In this document: positions 30,399 through 40,284 of the stretch, in pieces
Numbering within the stretch: the stretch's first letter is position 1
Layout of the letters: the number at the start of each line of letters is the position of its first letter
Source: Thermoplasmata archaeon
GTDB lineage: Archaea; Thermoplasmatota; Thermoplasmata; Lutacidiplasmatales; UBA184
DNA length: 64,000 nt
Assembly (NCBI GenBank): GCA_022749815.1
Contig: JAKIWV010000001.1
Location: 452,124-516,123 of the forward strand
Direction of reading: 5' to 3'
The notes under the pieces: generated by a model
Seen by the model: only the letters and a program-made list of their open reading frames with translations
What the model was told of the DNA's origin: nothing
Database searches by the model: none
Position numbers and translations under genes: made by a program

Positions 30399-30764
30399 TC
30401 AGCGCGCCGGTCGGACGGGCGAGGGCCCGAGGAGGTCCGGTGCCGCGGGGATCGCTGCGACCACGGTCGTGAGGCGGACCAGCACGTGGGGCGCCGGTCG
30501 CCGGCGTCCCTCGGCCAGTTGTTCCATCAGCGTCAGCAGCTCGTGCCGATGTCGGGCGCTGAGGACCGACAAGGGGGAGAGGTGCTCTTCCCGGATCGCC
30601 CGCCGCACTGCGTCCCCGAGGGCGCGAGGCGCAGGGCGTCCCAACGCCGGCAGCAGGTGGGCGCGGAGGTAGGCCAGGACCTCCGGGTCCTCCCGTGGCG
30701 GGCGGGAGTCGGACGCAGTCGCTCCCTCGAAGGGTCCGGCAGGTCCCGAGGGGGGAGTCTCCAT
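30399..30764 (-). CDS. hypothetical protein
   Basis: ATG 5 nt after the methyltransferase stop. Confidence 0.5.
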   Translation of the reverse strand: METPPSGPAGPFEGATASDSRPPREDPEVLAYLRAHLLPALGRPAPRALGDAVRRAIREEHLSPLSVLSARHRHELLTLMEQLAEGRRRPAPHVLVRLTTVVAAIPAAPDLLGPSPVRPAR

Positions 30765-30769
30765 CGGTC

Positions 30770-31645
30770 TCAACGTCGGGGGCCAGGGACTTGAGACTTG
30801 CGACTGACCCGCGGGCCCGTTGGGGGTCGGGGGGACGGGAGAGCCTCGTGGAGGCGCCGGGAAGCCGTCGCAAGGTAGTGCACGTCGACGTCGAATCCGA
30901 CGAACGGGAGTCCGAGCCGGGCGGCCGCCACGGCGGAGGCGCCGAGTCCCACGAACGGGTCCACGGCGAGTCGTATCCGGTCCGTTCCATGGAGCCGGTA
31001 ACATCGTTCGGGCAGCTCCGGAGGGAACGTGGCCGGATGGGGTCGGTCGGTCACCCGCCGCCGGATCGTGGCGTACGGCAGGAACCACGTGTTCCCCCGG
31101 CAGCGCCGATCCGCGCCGCCGCTGCGCCACCGGGCCACGTTGCTCTTGTCCTGGTACGGGACGCCGACCGCCAGCCGGTCCAACGACACGTCGCCGCGGT
31201 GAGTGAAATGAAAGACGTACTCCTGCGCCCCATGGAGGAATCGACGGGAGGGCACGGGCTTGTAGTGGCCCACGGCGATGTCGCCGGTGAGGTGGGGCGT
31301 AGCCCCCGCGAGCGCCCGCTCGATGGCGATCGATTTCACCCAGTGGATCACGTTCTGGAGGACGAACCGGCGCCGGAGCTCCTGGGCGACGTCCAGCGGG
31401 AGCCAGGGGTCGGTCGGGGAGCCGCCAACGTTCAGGAAGAACGACCCGTGAGGGGCGAGCGCCGCGTGCACCGCGTCGGCCACCCGTCCGATCCAGGCGA
31501 GGTACTCCTCCCGGGGGCGCCGGTCGTCGTATCGCCCGTAGGCGACCCCTCGGTTGTACGGCGGCGAGGTCACCACCACGTCGGCGCCGCCGGCCCCGAC
31601 CCGGCGCGGCAGGCCCTCGAGGCAGTCCTCGGCCCAGAGGACCAC
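30770..31645 (-). CDS. site-specific DNA methyltransferase (beta class, N4-C/N6-A)
   Basis: VVVTSPPYN motif IV, HPATFPPELP, VDPFVGLGAS motif I. Confidence 0.88.
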   Translation of the reverse strand: MVLWAEDCLEGLPRRVGAGGADVVVTSPPYNRGVAYGRYDDRRPREEYLAWIGRVADAVHAALAPHGSFFLNVGGSPTDPWLPLDVAQELRRRFVLQNVIHWVKSIAIERALAGATPHLTGDIAVGHYKPVPSRRFLHGAQEYVFHFTHRGDVSLDRLAVGVPYQDKSNVARWRSGGADRRCRGNTWFLPYATIRRRVTDRPHPATFPPELPERCYRLHGTDRIRLAVDPFVGLGASAVAAARLGLPFVGFDVDVHYLATASRRLHEALPSPRPPTGPRVSRKSQVPGPRR

Positions 31646-31742
31646 CGAACCCCCCCGCGGGACCGCTACACGAGCGAACGGTGCCGAGCGATCCGCCGAC
31701 GTGGGGAAACCTCCGCGAAGGAGGCCGAGGCGACCGGGGGCT

Positions 31743-33515
31743 TTACGCCGCCGGGGCCTTCTGCGCGCCCTTCCCGCGGTCCATCTCCGCGCGCGTCTCG
31801 GTGACGGCGTTCGCGGGGTCCTTGTAGTACGACGCGACGACCCGGCCCACGTCCCGGTGCGTGAACGGCTGCTGGCGGGTGGCGAGCGAGTCCCGCCACT
31901 TAAGGAAATCGAGCATCTCGACCCGGCGCCGGACCTCGCGCTCCATCTCCTTCATCGTCCAGTTCTTGGAGACGGCCACGCGCTCGTAGATGTACGAATG
32001 GCCGCTGTACAGGAACGTGTCGTCGGACGGGTTCCATGAGTAGACCGAGTTGGTGATGAGCTCGTTCGTCTCGGGGTCGAGCCCCACGATCTCGGTGAGG
32101 GACTGGACGCGGCGGGTCATCTTGTTCCCGACCTTCACCTGCCGCTGGAGCAGGACGAGGTTGAGCGCGCTCACGAGCGACCGGGGGAGCGAGATCGGAG
32201 GGTTCTCCATCCGGTGGACCATCGCCGCCACCGATTCGGCGTGGAACGTGGTGTAGCAGGTCTTCCCCGTCGCCATTGCCTGGAAGACGATGAACGCCTC
32301 GGCCCCCCGGACCTCTCCGACCATCAGGTACTGGGGCCGCTGGCGGAGCGCGGCGGCGAGCAGGTCGAACATGTCGATCTCGCCGGGCGCCTTGCCGGTG
32401 AGCATGTTCTTCGCGCCGAACCCGCTGCGCGTGAGCGCCGGGATCCAGTTCTCGTGGGGCAGGTTGAGCTCCCGCGTGTCCTCGATCGAGACGATCTTCA
32501 TCTGCGGGGGGATGAACAGCAGCGTCGCGTTGAGCGTTGTCGTCTTGCCCGAGGCCGTGCCTCCGCAGACCATCATCGATTGGCCGTTCTCGATGGCGAT
32601 CCAGAGGTAGGCCATCATCTCCGGGCTCATCGTCCGGAACTTGATCAGGTCGACCGGCGTGAACGGGTTGTCCCGGAACCGCCGGATCGTGAACGTGCTC
32701 CCCCGCTTCGTGACGTGCATGCCGAGGGTCGCCTGGAGCCGGGAGCCGTCCGGCACGGTGGCGTCCAGGACCGGGCTCGCGACCGAGATTGCCTTCCCGG
32801 AACGCTGCGCCAGCCAGACGACGTAGCTGTCGAGCTCGAGCGCCGAGGTGAACTTGATGTTGGCTCGGATCGACCCGTAGACCCGGTGGTAAATGTAGAT
32901 CGGAACGCCCACGCCGTCGCAGGAAATGTCCTCGACCTGGCTGTCGGTCATCGGAACATCGACGACGCCGTAGCCGAGGAAGTCCCGCTCCAGATAGTAG
33001 ACCAGCCGGCCCTTCGTCGCGGGGCTCGGCGAGACCTCCCAGGTCTGGAGCTGTTCGTCCACCATGCGGCGCAATTCGCGCCGTCGGCCGTCGTTCTCGA
33101 TGTCGGGCAACGGCTGGAACTGGTCGATGAGGCTCACGCGTAGCCGGTCGAGCAGGTCCCGCTCGAGCGCCGAGAGCGGCGGCTCGATGATCTCGTAGAG
33201 GTGCTCGTTGTACAGGTTGTTGAAGGTGATCCGGACGTAGCAGAAGCCCTCCCGGATCGGCGCGATCTCGAGCTCCGTCATGTTCGTGTCGTCGAGCGGG
33301 GGGATGGGAGTGACGTCGCCGATCGCGCCCTGGCCCGAGATGCCGAGCCGCGCGAGCTTGACCGACCGCGGCTCTTCCCGACCTCGGCGCATCCGAGCGC
33401 CGATCCGCAGCCAGGGGGCGAACGAGGACTTCGCCTTGCCTTTAGGCTTCGGTCGTCGTTGTCCCGACGGGGCCGTGTCGGTCCAGTCCTGGGATTCCGC
33501 TCTTGCGTCTGCCAT
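31743..33515 (-). CDS. type IV pilus/secretion ATPase (VirB11/FlaI-like)
   Basis: GGTASGKTT, SIEDTRE, ALRQRPQYLMVGEVRG, TTFHA. Confidence 0.92.
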   Translation of the reverse strand: MADARAESQDWTDTAPSGQRRPKPKGKAKSSFAPWLRIGARMRRGREEPRSVKLARLGISGQGAIGDVTPIPPLDDTNMTELEIAPIREGFCYVRITFNNLYNEHLYEIIEPPLSALERDLLDRLRVSLIDQFQPLPDIENDGRRRELRRMVDEQLQTWEVSPSPATKGRLVYYLERDFLGYGVVDVPMTDSQVEDISCDGVGVPIYIYHRVYGSIRANIKFTSALELDSYVVWLAQRSGKAISVASPVLDATVPDGSRLQATLGMHVTKRGSTFTIRRFRDNPFTPVDLIKFRTMSPEMMAYLWIAIENGQSMMVCGGTASGKTTTLNATLLFIPPQMKIVSIEDTRELNLPHENWIPALTRSGFGAKNMLTGKAPGEIDMFDLLAAALRQRPQYLMVGEVRGAEAFIVFQAMATGKTCYTTFHAESVAAMVHRMENPPISLPRSLVSALNLVLLQRQVKVGNKMTRRVQSLTEIVGLDPETNELITNSVYSWNPSDDTFLYSGHSYIYERVAVSKNWTMKEMEREVRRRVEMLDFLKWRDSLATRQQPFTHRDVGRVVASYYKDPANAVTETRAEMDRGKGAQKAPAA

Positions 33516-33525
33516 CGGGGAGGTC

Positions 33526-34512
33526 CTACACGTTGAGGGGCGGCACCGCGTACCGCATGAACAGCCAGCCGGAAGCGAGCATGACGGTGGCGTGCTGGAA
33601 ACCCTCCGACATGCGGCCGTTGATGATGACGCCCGCCATGATCCCGTCGCCGACCGCGTGGACGATGACGGCGACCATGAACGCCAGGAAGAGCTCCGGG
33701 ATGGCGCTGAAGTTGAGCGAGATCGCCGAGGCGCCGCCGACGCTCGTACCGGAGCTCGCGATCCCTTGGCCGGCCGTGATCATCTGCGGGAGGAAAACCC
33801 CCGCCATGATGTAGATCGTGACGAGGAACACGTAGAACGAGATGTAGATGACCGTCAGGTACGTCAGCATGGTGATCTGACGCTCCTGGGTTGTGATCTG
33901 GGCGTCGCGGGTGTCCCGGGCGACCATCGACAGCACGTCAGCGACATTGCCGCCGGCCTCGTTCGCTTTGATGATGATCGAGACGGTCCGGTTGACGAGC
34001 GGCGTGTTGACCCGCTCCTTGAACAGGGACAGCGCCGTCGTGACGGGGACGCCCCACTCCAGCTGACTCGCCATCTTCTTGATCTCGCCGGTCAGCAGGT
34101 CATACCGTCCCTTGCTCGCCACGATGATGGCGTCCGGGAGCGTCATGCCGAACCGGCCCGCTTCGGCCACGTCGCGGAGGAAGTCGGGGAGTCGGCTCTC
34201 GATCCGTTGGATCTTGCGGTAGTGGGCGCTCGACAGGAAGCCGTACGGCCCGATGATCGCTAGCCCGCCGAGGACGAAGAAATCGATCGCCGGATTGAGG
34301 CCGGGGTTTTCCCCCGGTTGGATGAGGACCGTGAGGAGGCCGAGCGCGTTGAGCGCGCCCACGACGAACAGGACGACCCCCACGACCAGCCCGGCGTAGA
34401 GCGCGAGCGTTTCGGTGGGGAGCGTCGGTCGGGCCTTTTCGATCTTCAGGTCGACGGCCGCGCCGAAGGAACGCGGGCCGGTGACGGTGCTGGAGGCGGT
34501 AGCGGTTGCCAT
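33526..34512 (-). CDS. T2SS F-family (TadC/FlaJ-like) platform protein
   Basis: RLPDFLRDVAE, ANEAGGNVADVL, TM pattern. Confidence 0.88.
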   Translation of the reverse strand: MATATASSTVTGPRSFGAAVDLKIEKARPTLPTETLALYAGLVVGVVLFVVGALNALGLLTVLIQPGENPGLNPAIDFFVLGGLAIIGPYGFLSSAHYRKIQRIESRLPDFLRDVAEAGRFGMTLPDAIIVASKGRYDLLTGEIKKMASQLEWGVPVTTALSLFKERVNTPLVNRTVSIIIKANEAGGNVADVLSMVARDTRDAQITTQERQITMLTYLTVIYISFYVFLVTIYIMAGVFLPQMITAGQGIASSGTSVGGASAISLNFSAIPELFLAFMVAVIVHAVGDGIMAGVIINGRMSEGFQHATVMLASGWLFMRYAVPPLNV

Positions 34513-34513
34513 C

Positions 34514-35524
34514 TTAGGACTCCGCAGCGAGACCTTGCATGTACAGTACGAAGACGAACTGGAACGCCGGGATCATGGCCCCGATGATCCCCCAGAGGAT
34601 CTCGAGCAGGTTCCCTCCGCCATTCCCGATGACCGCAAAGATCGCGATGATGATCACGAGGAAGAGGGGGAAGGCCACGACGACGGTGACGAACGTCTCG
34701 GCGAGGAGTCCCATCGTTTCGGTCCGGCGCATCACGTCGAGCTTGTTCTCGCGCTGGTACTGCTCGGCCTTGATTAGGAAATAGGGCTTCAACTGACCCC
34801 CCGACGTGGCGGTGGTCACGACGCCCTGAAGGAAATCTTGGAACCGCTTCGACGGCGTCCGGTTCGCGCCGACCCGGATGGCGGTCAGGATATCGACCCC
34901 GAGCAATTCGGTGTCGCGGGTGATCCAGGCGGCTTCGTCGGCGACGGCGCCGTAGATCTTCTCCTGGGCCAGGTCCCGGAAGATCTGGTCGATGTTCACG
35001 TCCGCCGACGCCATGGCGCTCACGAAGCTCATCGCGGCGCCGATCTTGCGGTCGATCTCCGCGCCGCGGCGTTTCGCGTTCCCGGAGGGCGTCGACTTGA
35101 GGAGCAGGTTGGTGATCCCCGTTCCCCCGACCGGGAGCAGGACAGCGATCCCGCCGGCCAGGATGAGGTTCGTGAGCCCGGTGCCAGAGAGGTAGATCAG
35201 TACACCCAGCACGAGGCCTGCGATCGAGAGCGCTGCGGCGGTGACGAAGGTAGCGGCCATGACCCAGGCCAAGTATTCCTCGGCCCGCAGGCGCATGTGC
35301 GCCTTCTGGAGGTTGTCCTCGAGGATCGATTCGGACGGGCCCATCTTCACACGGTCCTTGAACCGCGTCCACGCCCACCGTTGGAACGGCGTGAGCGGGG
35401 CCCGGGAGGGCTGTTCGCCCCGCTTCACGCGCACGGTGCGCGTCTCGGAGGGGTCGGTCTTGGTCGCCGCCTTGCCACGGGCGGCCCGAACGAGGGTCGG
35501 GGAGGCCGCTTCGGAGGCGGGCAT
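34514..35524 (-). CDS. T2SS F-family (TadB/FlaJ-like) platform protein
   Basis: LGVDILTAI, TPSKRFQDFLQG, SGGQLKPY, LLAETFVT. Confidence 0.88.
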   Translation of the reverse strand: MPASEAASPTLVRAARGKAATKTDPSETRTVRVKRGEQPSRAPLTPFQRWAWTRFKDRVKMGPSESILEDNLQKAHMRLRAEEYLAWVMAATFVTAAALSIAGLVLGVLIYLSGTGLTNLILAGGIAVLLPVGGTGITNLLLKSTPSGNAKRRGAEIDRKIGAAMSFVSAMASADVNIDQIFRDLAQEKIYGAVADEAAWITRDTELLGVDILTAIRVGANRTPSKRFQDFLQGVVTTATSGGQLKPYFLIKAEQYQRENKLDVMRRTETMGLLAETFVTVVVAFPLFLVIIIAIFAVIGNGGGNLLEILWGIIGAMIPAFQFVFVLYMQGLAAES

Positions 35525-37173
35525 CAGGTGGCCTCTCCCGAGGGCTGGACTCGCTCCATCACAGACGTCGGGTCCTTGTAGTAGTCGGTGACCATCTTCC
35601 AGAGGGCCCGGTAGTCGTCCATCTTCTGGTGGACGAGGAAGCGCACGACCAGGACGCGGCGCTGGAACTCCGCCTCCATTTCCTCGTGCGTGTAGTTCTT
35701 GAGCTCCATGATCTTATCGAAGAGGAACGAGTGGCCCTTGAACACGAACTTGTCGGTCGCCGGGTCCCATTCGTAAACCGTATTGGTGATGAGCTCGTTC
35801 GTCTCGGGCTCGAACCCCACGATCTCGAGGACCTGCTTGAGCCGCCGCACGACCCCTTTCTCGGTGCGGGCCTGGATCTGAATCACGACGTTATTGAGCG
35901 CAGACAGGAGGATTCGGGGCGTGTTGATCGGCGGATTCTCGAGCCGGTTGACCATCGATTTCACACTGTCGGCGTGCATCGTCGAGTAGGTCGTGTGGCC
36001 CGTCGCCATGGCCTGGAACATCGTGTAGGTCTCCTTGCCCCGGACCTCCCCCACGATGATGTAATTGGGTCGTTGCCGGAGGGCGGCGCGCACCAGGTCG
36101 AACATGTCGACTTCGCCGGCCGCCTTGCCGTCGGCCCCGCGGTCCCCGGTGCCGCTCCGGGTGGCGCCCGGGATCCAGTTCTCGTGCGGCAGATTGACCT
36201 CGCGCGTGTCCTCGATAGAGACGATCTTGGCCGTCGGCGGGATGAACAGCGCGATGGCGTTGAGTGTGCTGGTCTTTCCGGCGGCCGGACCCCCGCAGAT
36301 CATCATCGATTCGCCCTGCTCGGCGGCCAGCCAGAAGTAGGCGACCATCTCTTCGTTGGCGCTCCCAGCGTTGACGAGGTCCACGGGGGTCCAGGGGCGC
36401 TCCTTGAACCGCCGGATGGTGAAGCTTCCCCCCCGGGTGGTCACCTCTCGGGCATAGGTGGCCTGCACCCGGTGGCCTTCGGGCGTCGTGCCGTCCAAGA
36501 TCGGGCTCGAGACCGAGACCGACTTGGCGCAGCGCTGGCCCAGCTGGACGATGAAGGAGTTGAGCTGGTCCTCCTCCTCGAAAATGATGTTGGTCTTGAC
36601 CGATTCGTACTGTCCATGGAAGACGAAGAGCGGGACCGCGACCCCGTCGCACGAGATGTCCTCGATATGGGGGTCGAGGATCAGCGTGTCGATCGGGCCG
36701 TAGCCCACGAAGTCGCGCTGGATGTAGTAGACGAGCCGCTCCATCGAGAGCGGGCTGAGCTGGATGCCGCGGGTCTTGAGGAACTCCTCGACGACCCCCC
36801 GGAGGTAGGTCTTCTTGTCACCGGTGGTCATCTTGGCGACCTCGGCCCCGATGATCTTCCCCAGGGTGTCCTTGAGATGGGCCAGCAGCTCCCGCTCGTG
36901 GGTCGAGAGTTGGGGCTCGATCGCCTCGAAGATGTACTCTTTCGTACGGTCGTTGTAGCTGATCCGGGAGTAGGAGTATGGGGGATTCACCGGACGAACC
37001 TCGATGACCTTCGCTCCCTCCTCGGGTAGCGCGGGCATCGCAGTGATGAACGTCCCGGGTAGATCCATCTCCGGCGACCCCTCGTCGGGGCCCCCCGGAG
37101 TCGTCGAGGCGGGGGCCCTGCCGCCGCTCGCGCTGCGGGGGATCTTGACCCGGAAGGAGGCGATGCTCGCCAT
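35524..37173 (-). CDS. second type IV pilus/secretion ATPase
   Basis: GGPAAGKTS, ALRQRPNYIIVGEVRG, STMHA. Confidence 0.92.
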   Translation of the reverse strand: MASIASFRVKIPRSASGGRAPASTTPGGPDEGSPEMDLPGTFITAMPALPEEGAKVIEVRPVNPPYSYSRISYNDRTKEYIFEAIEPQLSTHERELLAHLKDTLGKIIGAEVAKMTTGDKKTYLRGVVEEFLKTRGIQLSPLSMERLVYYIQRDFVGYGPIDTLILDPHIEDISCDGVAVPLFVFHGQYESVKTNIIFEEEDQLNSFIVQLGQRCAKSVSVSSPILDGTTPEGHRVQATYAREVTTRGGSFTIRRFKERPWTPVDLVNAGSANEEMVAYFWLAAEQGESMMICGGPAAGKTSTLNAIALFIPPTAKIVSIEDTREVNLPHENWIPGATRSGTGDRGADGKAAGEVDMFDLVRAALRQRPNYIIVGEVRGKETYTMFQAMATGHTTYSTMHADSVKSMVNRLENPPINTPRILLSALNNVVIQIQARTEKGVVRRLKQVLEIVGFEPETNELITNTVYEWDPATDKFVFKGHSFLFDKIMELKNYTHEEMEAEFQRRVLVVRFLVHQKMDDYRALWKMVTDYYKDPTSVMERVQPSGEAT

Positions 37174-37175
37174 GG

Positions 37176-38120
37176 TCAGACCACTCCGATACCGGCGGAG
37201 ACCTGGAAGTTGGCAAGGACCAGGGTGACTTGAGCGATGTTCGAGATGACGACGCTGATGGTCTTGGCCTGCCCGCTCGTCCCGACGCAGCCGGAGGTGT
37301 CGAGCGAAGCCACCGACATCTGGCCCGACGTGACGTTGGCCACCTGGCGACTCTGAGTGAAGAAGTTCGTCCAGGCGCAGGGATAGTGGGTGGTCACGTT
37401 CAGGAAGAGGGAGGCGACCGTCGCGGTATTGTTGTTCTTGAGGGTCTGGGTGGACCCGAGGAGCTGAGAGTAGACCTCGATCGTCCCGGGCGACGTGAGG
37501 CGCGTCGCATTGCCGTACATCTGGACGAGCATCAGATTGAGGCTGAGGGCAGTACCCGTCTTCACCAGCGAAAAGATTGGTGGATAGGCGATCAACTGGT
37601 TGGTGTCGCCTTCCGTCTGGATCACGGCGCCGTCCTCCAACTGGAAGTTCTCGGGGGTGTAGTATCGATTGGGGAGCGTCAGGAGCATCGTGCCGAGGCT
37701 GCCGCCGAAGTTCTGCACATAGGGCTTTCCGGCGGACAGGAAGCCTGGGATCGAAAGGGTGACCGATGCCCCGGGGGTTCGGGGCAGGAACGCCAGCGTG
37801 CCGGTCGTCGGGACGGAGAGGAGCGGGACAGCGTCGGAGCTCATGGTGAACGGGGTCGATAGGATCGGAGGGCTTCCCGTTCCCGCCTGGAGTTGCATGT
37901 TCGACTGGAGCTGCGCCAGCGAGGCGGTGACGCCGCTGGTGAAGTTCGATTCATTGTCGGACATCCAGAGCGGGAGGTAGAAGACGAGGAACGTCCCGAA
38001 CAGGGAAAGGAAAACGAGCAAGGAGAGCAGCGTTCCGACGACGGCCACGAGCCCCCGGCGGTTCCCGCGGAGCCGTCGATATCGAGCACCTTGCCCACGG
38101 TGACGAACGGAATCCCCCAT
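37176..38120 (-). CDS. large pilin-like protein with class III signal peptide
   Basis: Basic leader ending NRRG, then LVAVVGTLLSLLVF hydrophobic helix. Confidence 0.7.
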   Translation of the reverse strand: MGDSVRHRGQGARYRRLRGNRRGLVAVVGTLLSLLVFLSLFGTFLVFYLPLWMSDNESNFTSGVTASLAQLQSNMQLQAGTGSPPILSTPFTMSSDAVPLLSVPTTGTLAFLPRTPGASVTLSIPGFLSAGKPYVQNFGGSLGTMLLTLPNRYYTPENFQLEDGAVIQTEGDTNQLIAYPPIFSLVKTGTALSLNLMLVQMYGNATRLTSPGTIEVYSQLLGSTQTLKNNNTATVASLFLNVTTHYPCAWTNFFTQSRQVANVTSGQMSVASLDTSGCVGTSGQAKTISVVISNIAQVTLVLANFQVSAGIGVV

Positions 38121-38277
38121 TGGCCCTGGATTGGCCCCGGCCCGACGGCCCTGAGCACCCTGAATTTACCCTTGTTCCTGTATAAATACGCGCGTCCTCG
38201 TGACACGTCGGAACGCTCTCGTTCCTGCGCCAGCGCCTTTAGCTTCGAGTTCCTTGGGAGGCGACGGGGGGTGCGAG

Positions 38278-38766
38278 ATGCCGATTCAGGAGCTCTCGCT
38301 GCGTCTCCCGAACCGGCCCGGCCAGTTGTCGGAAGTCCTGCGACGGCTCGCTCAGGAACGGATCAACATAGCCGCGGTGTCGGTGGACTCCACGCGGTCG
38401 CAGGGGCACGTACGGCTCGTCGTGAGCGATCCCGTACGTGCGCTGGAGCTGCTGCGGGACGCCCGATTCCCCGTCGAGGCCCGAGAGCTCATCACCATCG
38501 CACTCGAGGATCGGCCGGGAAGCCTTCTCCAAGCACTCGACCTCTTGGCGAAGGGCCGGGTCAACATCCTGAGCATCACCCTCCTCGTGACCCGGGAGCG
38601 CGCCCGGGTGCTGGTCGCCCTGGCGGTCAACAACTTGTCCAAGGGCCGCCGTCTCTTGATGGACGGGGGCTACCTATCGCATGAGGCCGTCCGGCGCATC
38701 ACCAACGCCGACCTCTTGGGAGTCACCCCGTCCATTCCGTTGGAATCGGTCGGAATGCTCCTGTAG
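38278..38766 (+). CDS. tandem ACT domain protein
   Basis: LPNRPGQL..ERINI and LEDRPGSL..GRVNI. Confidence 0.85.
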   Translation: MPIQELSLRLPNRPGQLSEVLRRLAQERINIAAVSVDSTRSQGHVRLVVSDPVRALELLRDARFPVEARELITIALEDRPGSLLQALDLLAKGRVNILSITLLVTRERARVLVALAVNNLSKGRRLLMDGGYLSHEAVRRITNADLLGVTPSIPLESVGMLL

Positions 38767-38828
38767 TCGGGCTTGCCAGGCCCGCCGCGGAAAACGTGAT
38801 AGATACGCGTTCTTCAGCGGCCGGCACC

Positions 38829-38900
38829 GCGGTTGTGGTCTAGTGGTTAGGACGGTAGCTTCCCAAGCTATCTACCCGGGTTCAAATCCCGGCAACCGCA
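38829..38900 (+). tRNA. tRNA-Gly (CCC)
   Basis: GCGGTTG acceptor, GTAGC-TT-CCC-AA-GCTAT, GGTTCAAATCC. Confidence 0.95.
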
Positions 38901-38984
38901 CTCCCTCCTCGGTCCTACTCGTGGTTCGGGGGTCTCCGGACAGAAGATAAGGCTCAGCTCTGCGTCCGTAAGGGTTGACGCACG

Positions 38985-39770
38985 ATGACCGACCCAGAGC
39001 GCATCGACGGGTTCGGCGCTTGGTACGATGAGAAGCAAGGGGATTCTGGGGATCTGTGGCACCGAACGCTGATCGACCCGGGGCTCTTTGCCCGGATCGG
39101 GCCGGTCCCGCGTGGCATCCGGGTCCTCGATCTCGGTTGCGGGAACGGATACATTGCGCGTCGCTTGGCCCGGCTTGGGGCCCGGGTCGTCGGCGTCGAC
39201 ACCTCCCCCGAGCTGATCGAGCGAGCGCGGGCGTGGCAGGGAACCGAGCCACTCGACATAGTGTACCATCGAGCGGACGCGGCCCACCTCTCTTTCCTTT
39301 CCGATCAGAGCATCGATCTCGCGGTTGCCAACATGTCGCTCGTCGACATCGAGAATGCCTCGGGGACGATCCGGGAAACCGCTCGGGTCGTCGTTCCCGG
39401 GGGGCGCTTCGTGTTCTCGATTAGTCACCCATGTTTCGACGTGGACACCCGGTCGGGGTGGCTCGTGGAGGTCACCGTAGGTCCGCCGACGGTGTTTCGG
39501 AAGGTCGCCCGTTACCAGGAACCTCACTCGGACTCGTACCGCTGGGCACTCCCGGACGGACGGTCCGTAAGAACTGTGGGGTACCATCGACCCCTCGCGT
39601 GGTACGTCAAGCAACTCCGGACCGCCGGGTTCATCGTGGTCGACGCCGAGGAGCCGGGCCCTTCCATAGAGTTCGTCGGGCACCGCATGAAGCGAGAGTG
39701 GATCGAGCAGATTCCACTCCACTTGGTGATCGAGGCCCGGCGAGAACCTGCTCAAGGGACCCCGGGGTGA
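38985..39770 (+). CDS. class I SAM-dependent methyltransferase
   Basis: VLDLGCGNG, GVDTSPELI, GGRFVFSISHPCF. Confidence 0.88.
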   Translation: MTDPERIDGFGAWYDEKQGDSGDLWHRTLIDPGLFARIGPVPRGIRVLDLGCGNGYIARRLARLGARVVGVDTSPELIERARAWQGTEPLDIVYHRADAAHLSFLSDQSIDLAVANMSLVDIENASGTIRETARVVVPGGRFVFSISHPCFDVDTRSGWLVEVTVGPPTVFRKVARYQEPHSDSYRWALPDGRSVRTVGYHRPLAWYVKQLRTAGFIVVDAEEPGPSIEFVGHRMKREWIEQIPLHLVIEARREPAQGTPG

Positions 39771-40258
39771 GCTCCCATCCGCTCGCCCCCACGCTCCGCA
39801 TCACGAGGGTAAAGTCGGCCGGGGCGATCCGTCTCGCCCGCGCCGCGAACCAGCTGTTCGACGAGCCGGCCGACCGGGCTGCCCTAACGGCCTACCTCTC
39901 CGACCGACGTAACATCTTCCTCCTCGCGTCGGTGAACACTACCCCGGTAGGGTTCCTCCGCGCTACGGCTCTGGGGCAACTCCACACCCGCCGTCCGCAG
40001 ATGTTCCTGTACGAGGTCGCAGTAGCGCGGCGCTTCCGCCGGCTCGGCGTTGGACGCGCTCTCGTCGAACGGCTGTTGGGCTACTGCCGGCAACAACGGT
40101 TCGAGGAGGTGTTCGTCTTTACCAACCCCGCCAACCGGGCTGCCGTGAGCCTCTACCGAGGCACGGGGGCCGTCACCGAGACTCCTCGGGACCGGATGTT
40201 CGTGTACCGGCTCGCAAAGCGCCCGAGGCCGGGTCGCCGCGGGGCATCGCCCCACTAG
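39767..40258 (+). CDS. GNAT acetyltransferase
   Basis: FLYEVAVARRFRRLGVGRAL, NRAAVSLY; GTGA overlap. Confidence 0.85.
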   Translation: MSSHPLAPTLRITRVKSAGAIRLARAANQLFDEPADRAALTAYLSDRRNIFLLASVNTTPVGFLRATALGQLHTRRPQMFLYEVAVARRFRRLGVGRALVERLLGYCRQQRFEEVFVFTNPANRAAVSLYRGTGAVTETPRDRMFVYRLAKRPRPGRRGASPH

Positions 40259-40284
40259 GGCGCATCCGGGGAGGCCCGATCGGG

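Noticed and set aside
31743-38120. Archaellum operon
   Set aside because: No archaellins, FlaH or FlaF/G; the platform is split into two genes as in pili.
38901-40258. Island integrated at tRNA-Gly(CCC)
   Set aside because: The cargo looks accessory, but I found no duplicated tRNA 3' end or recombinase.
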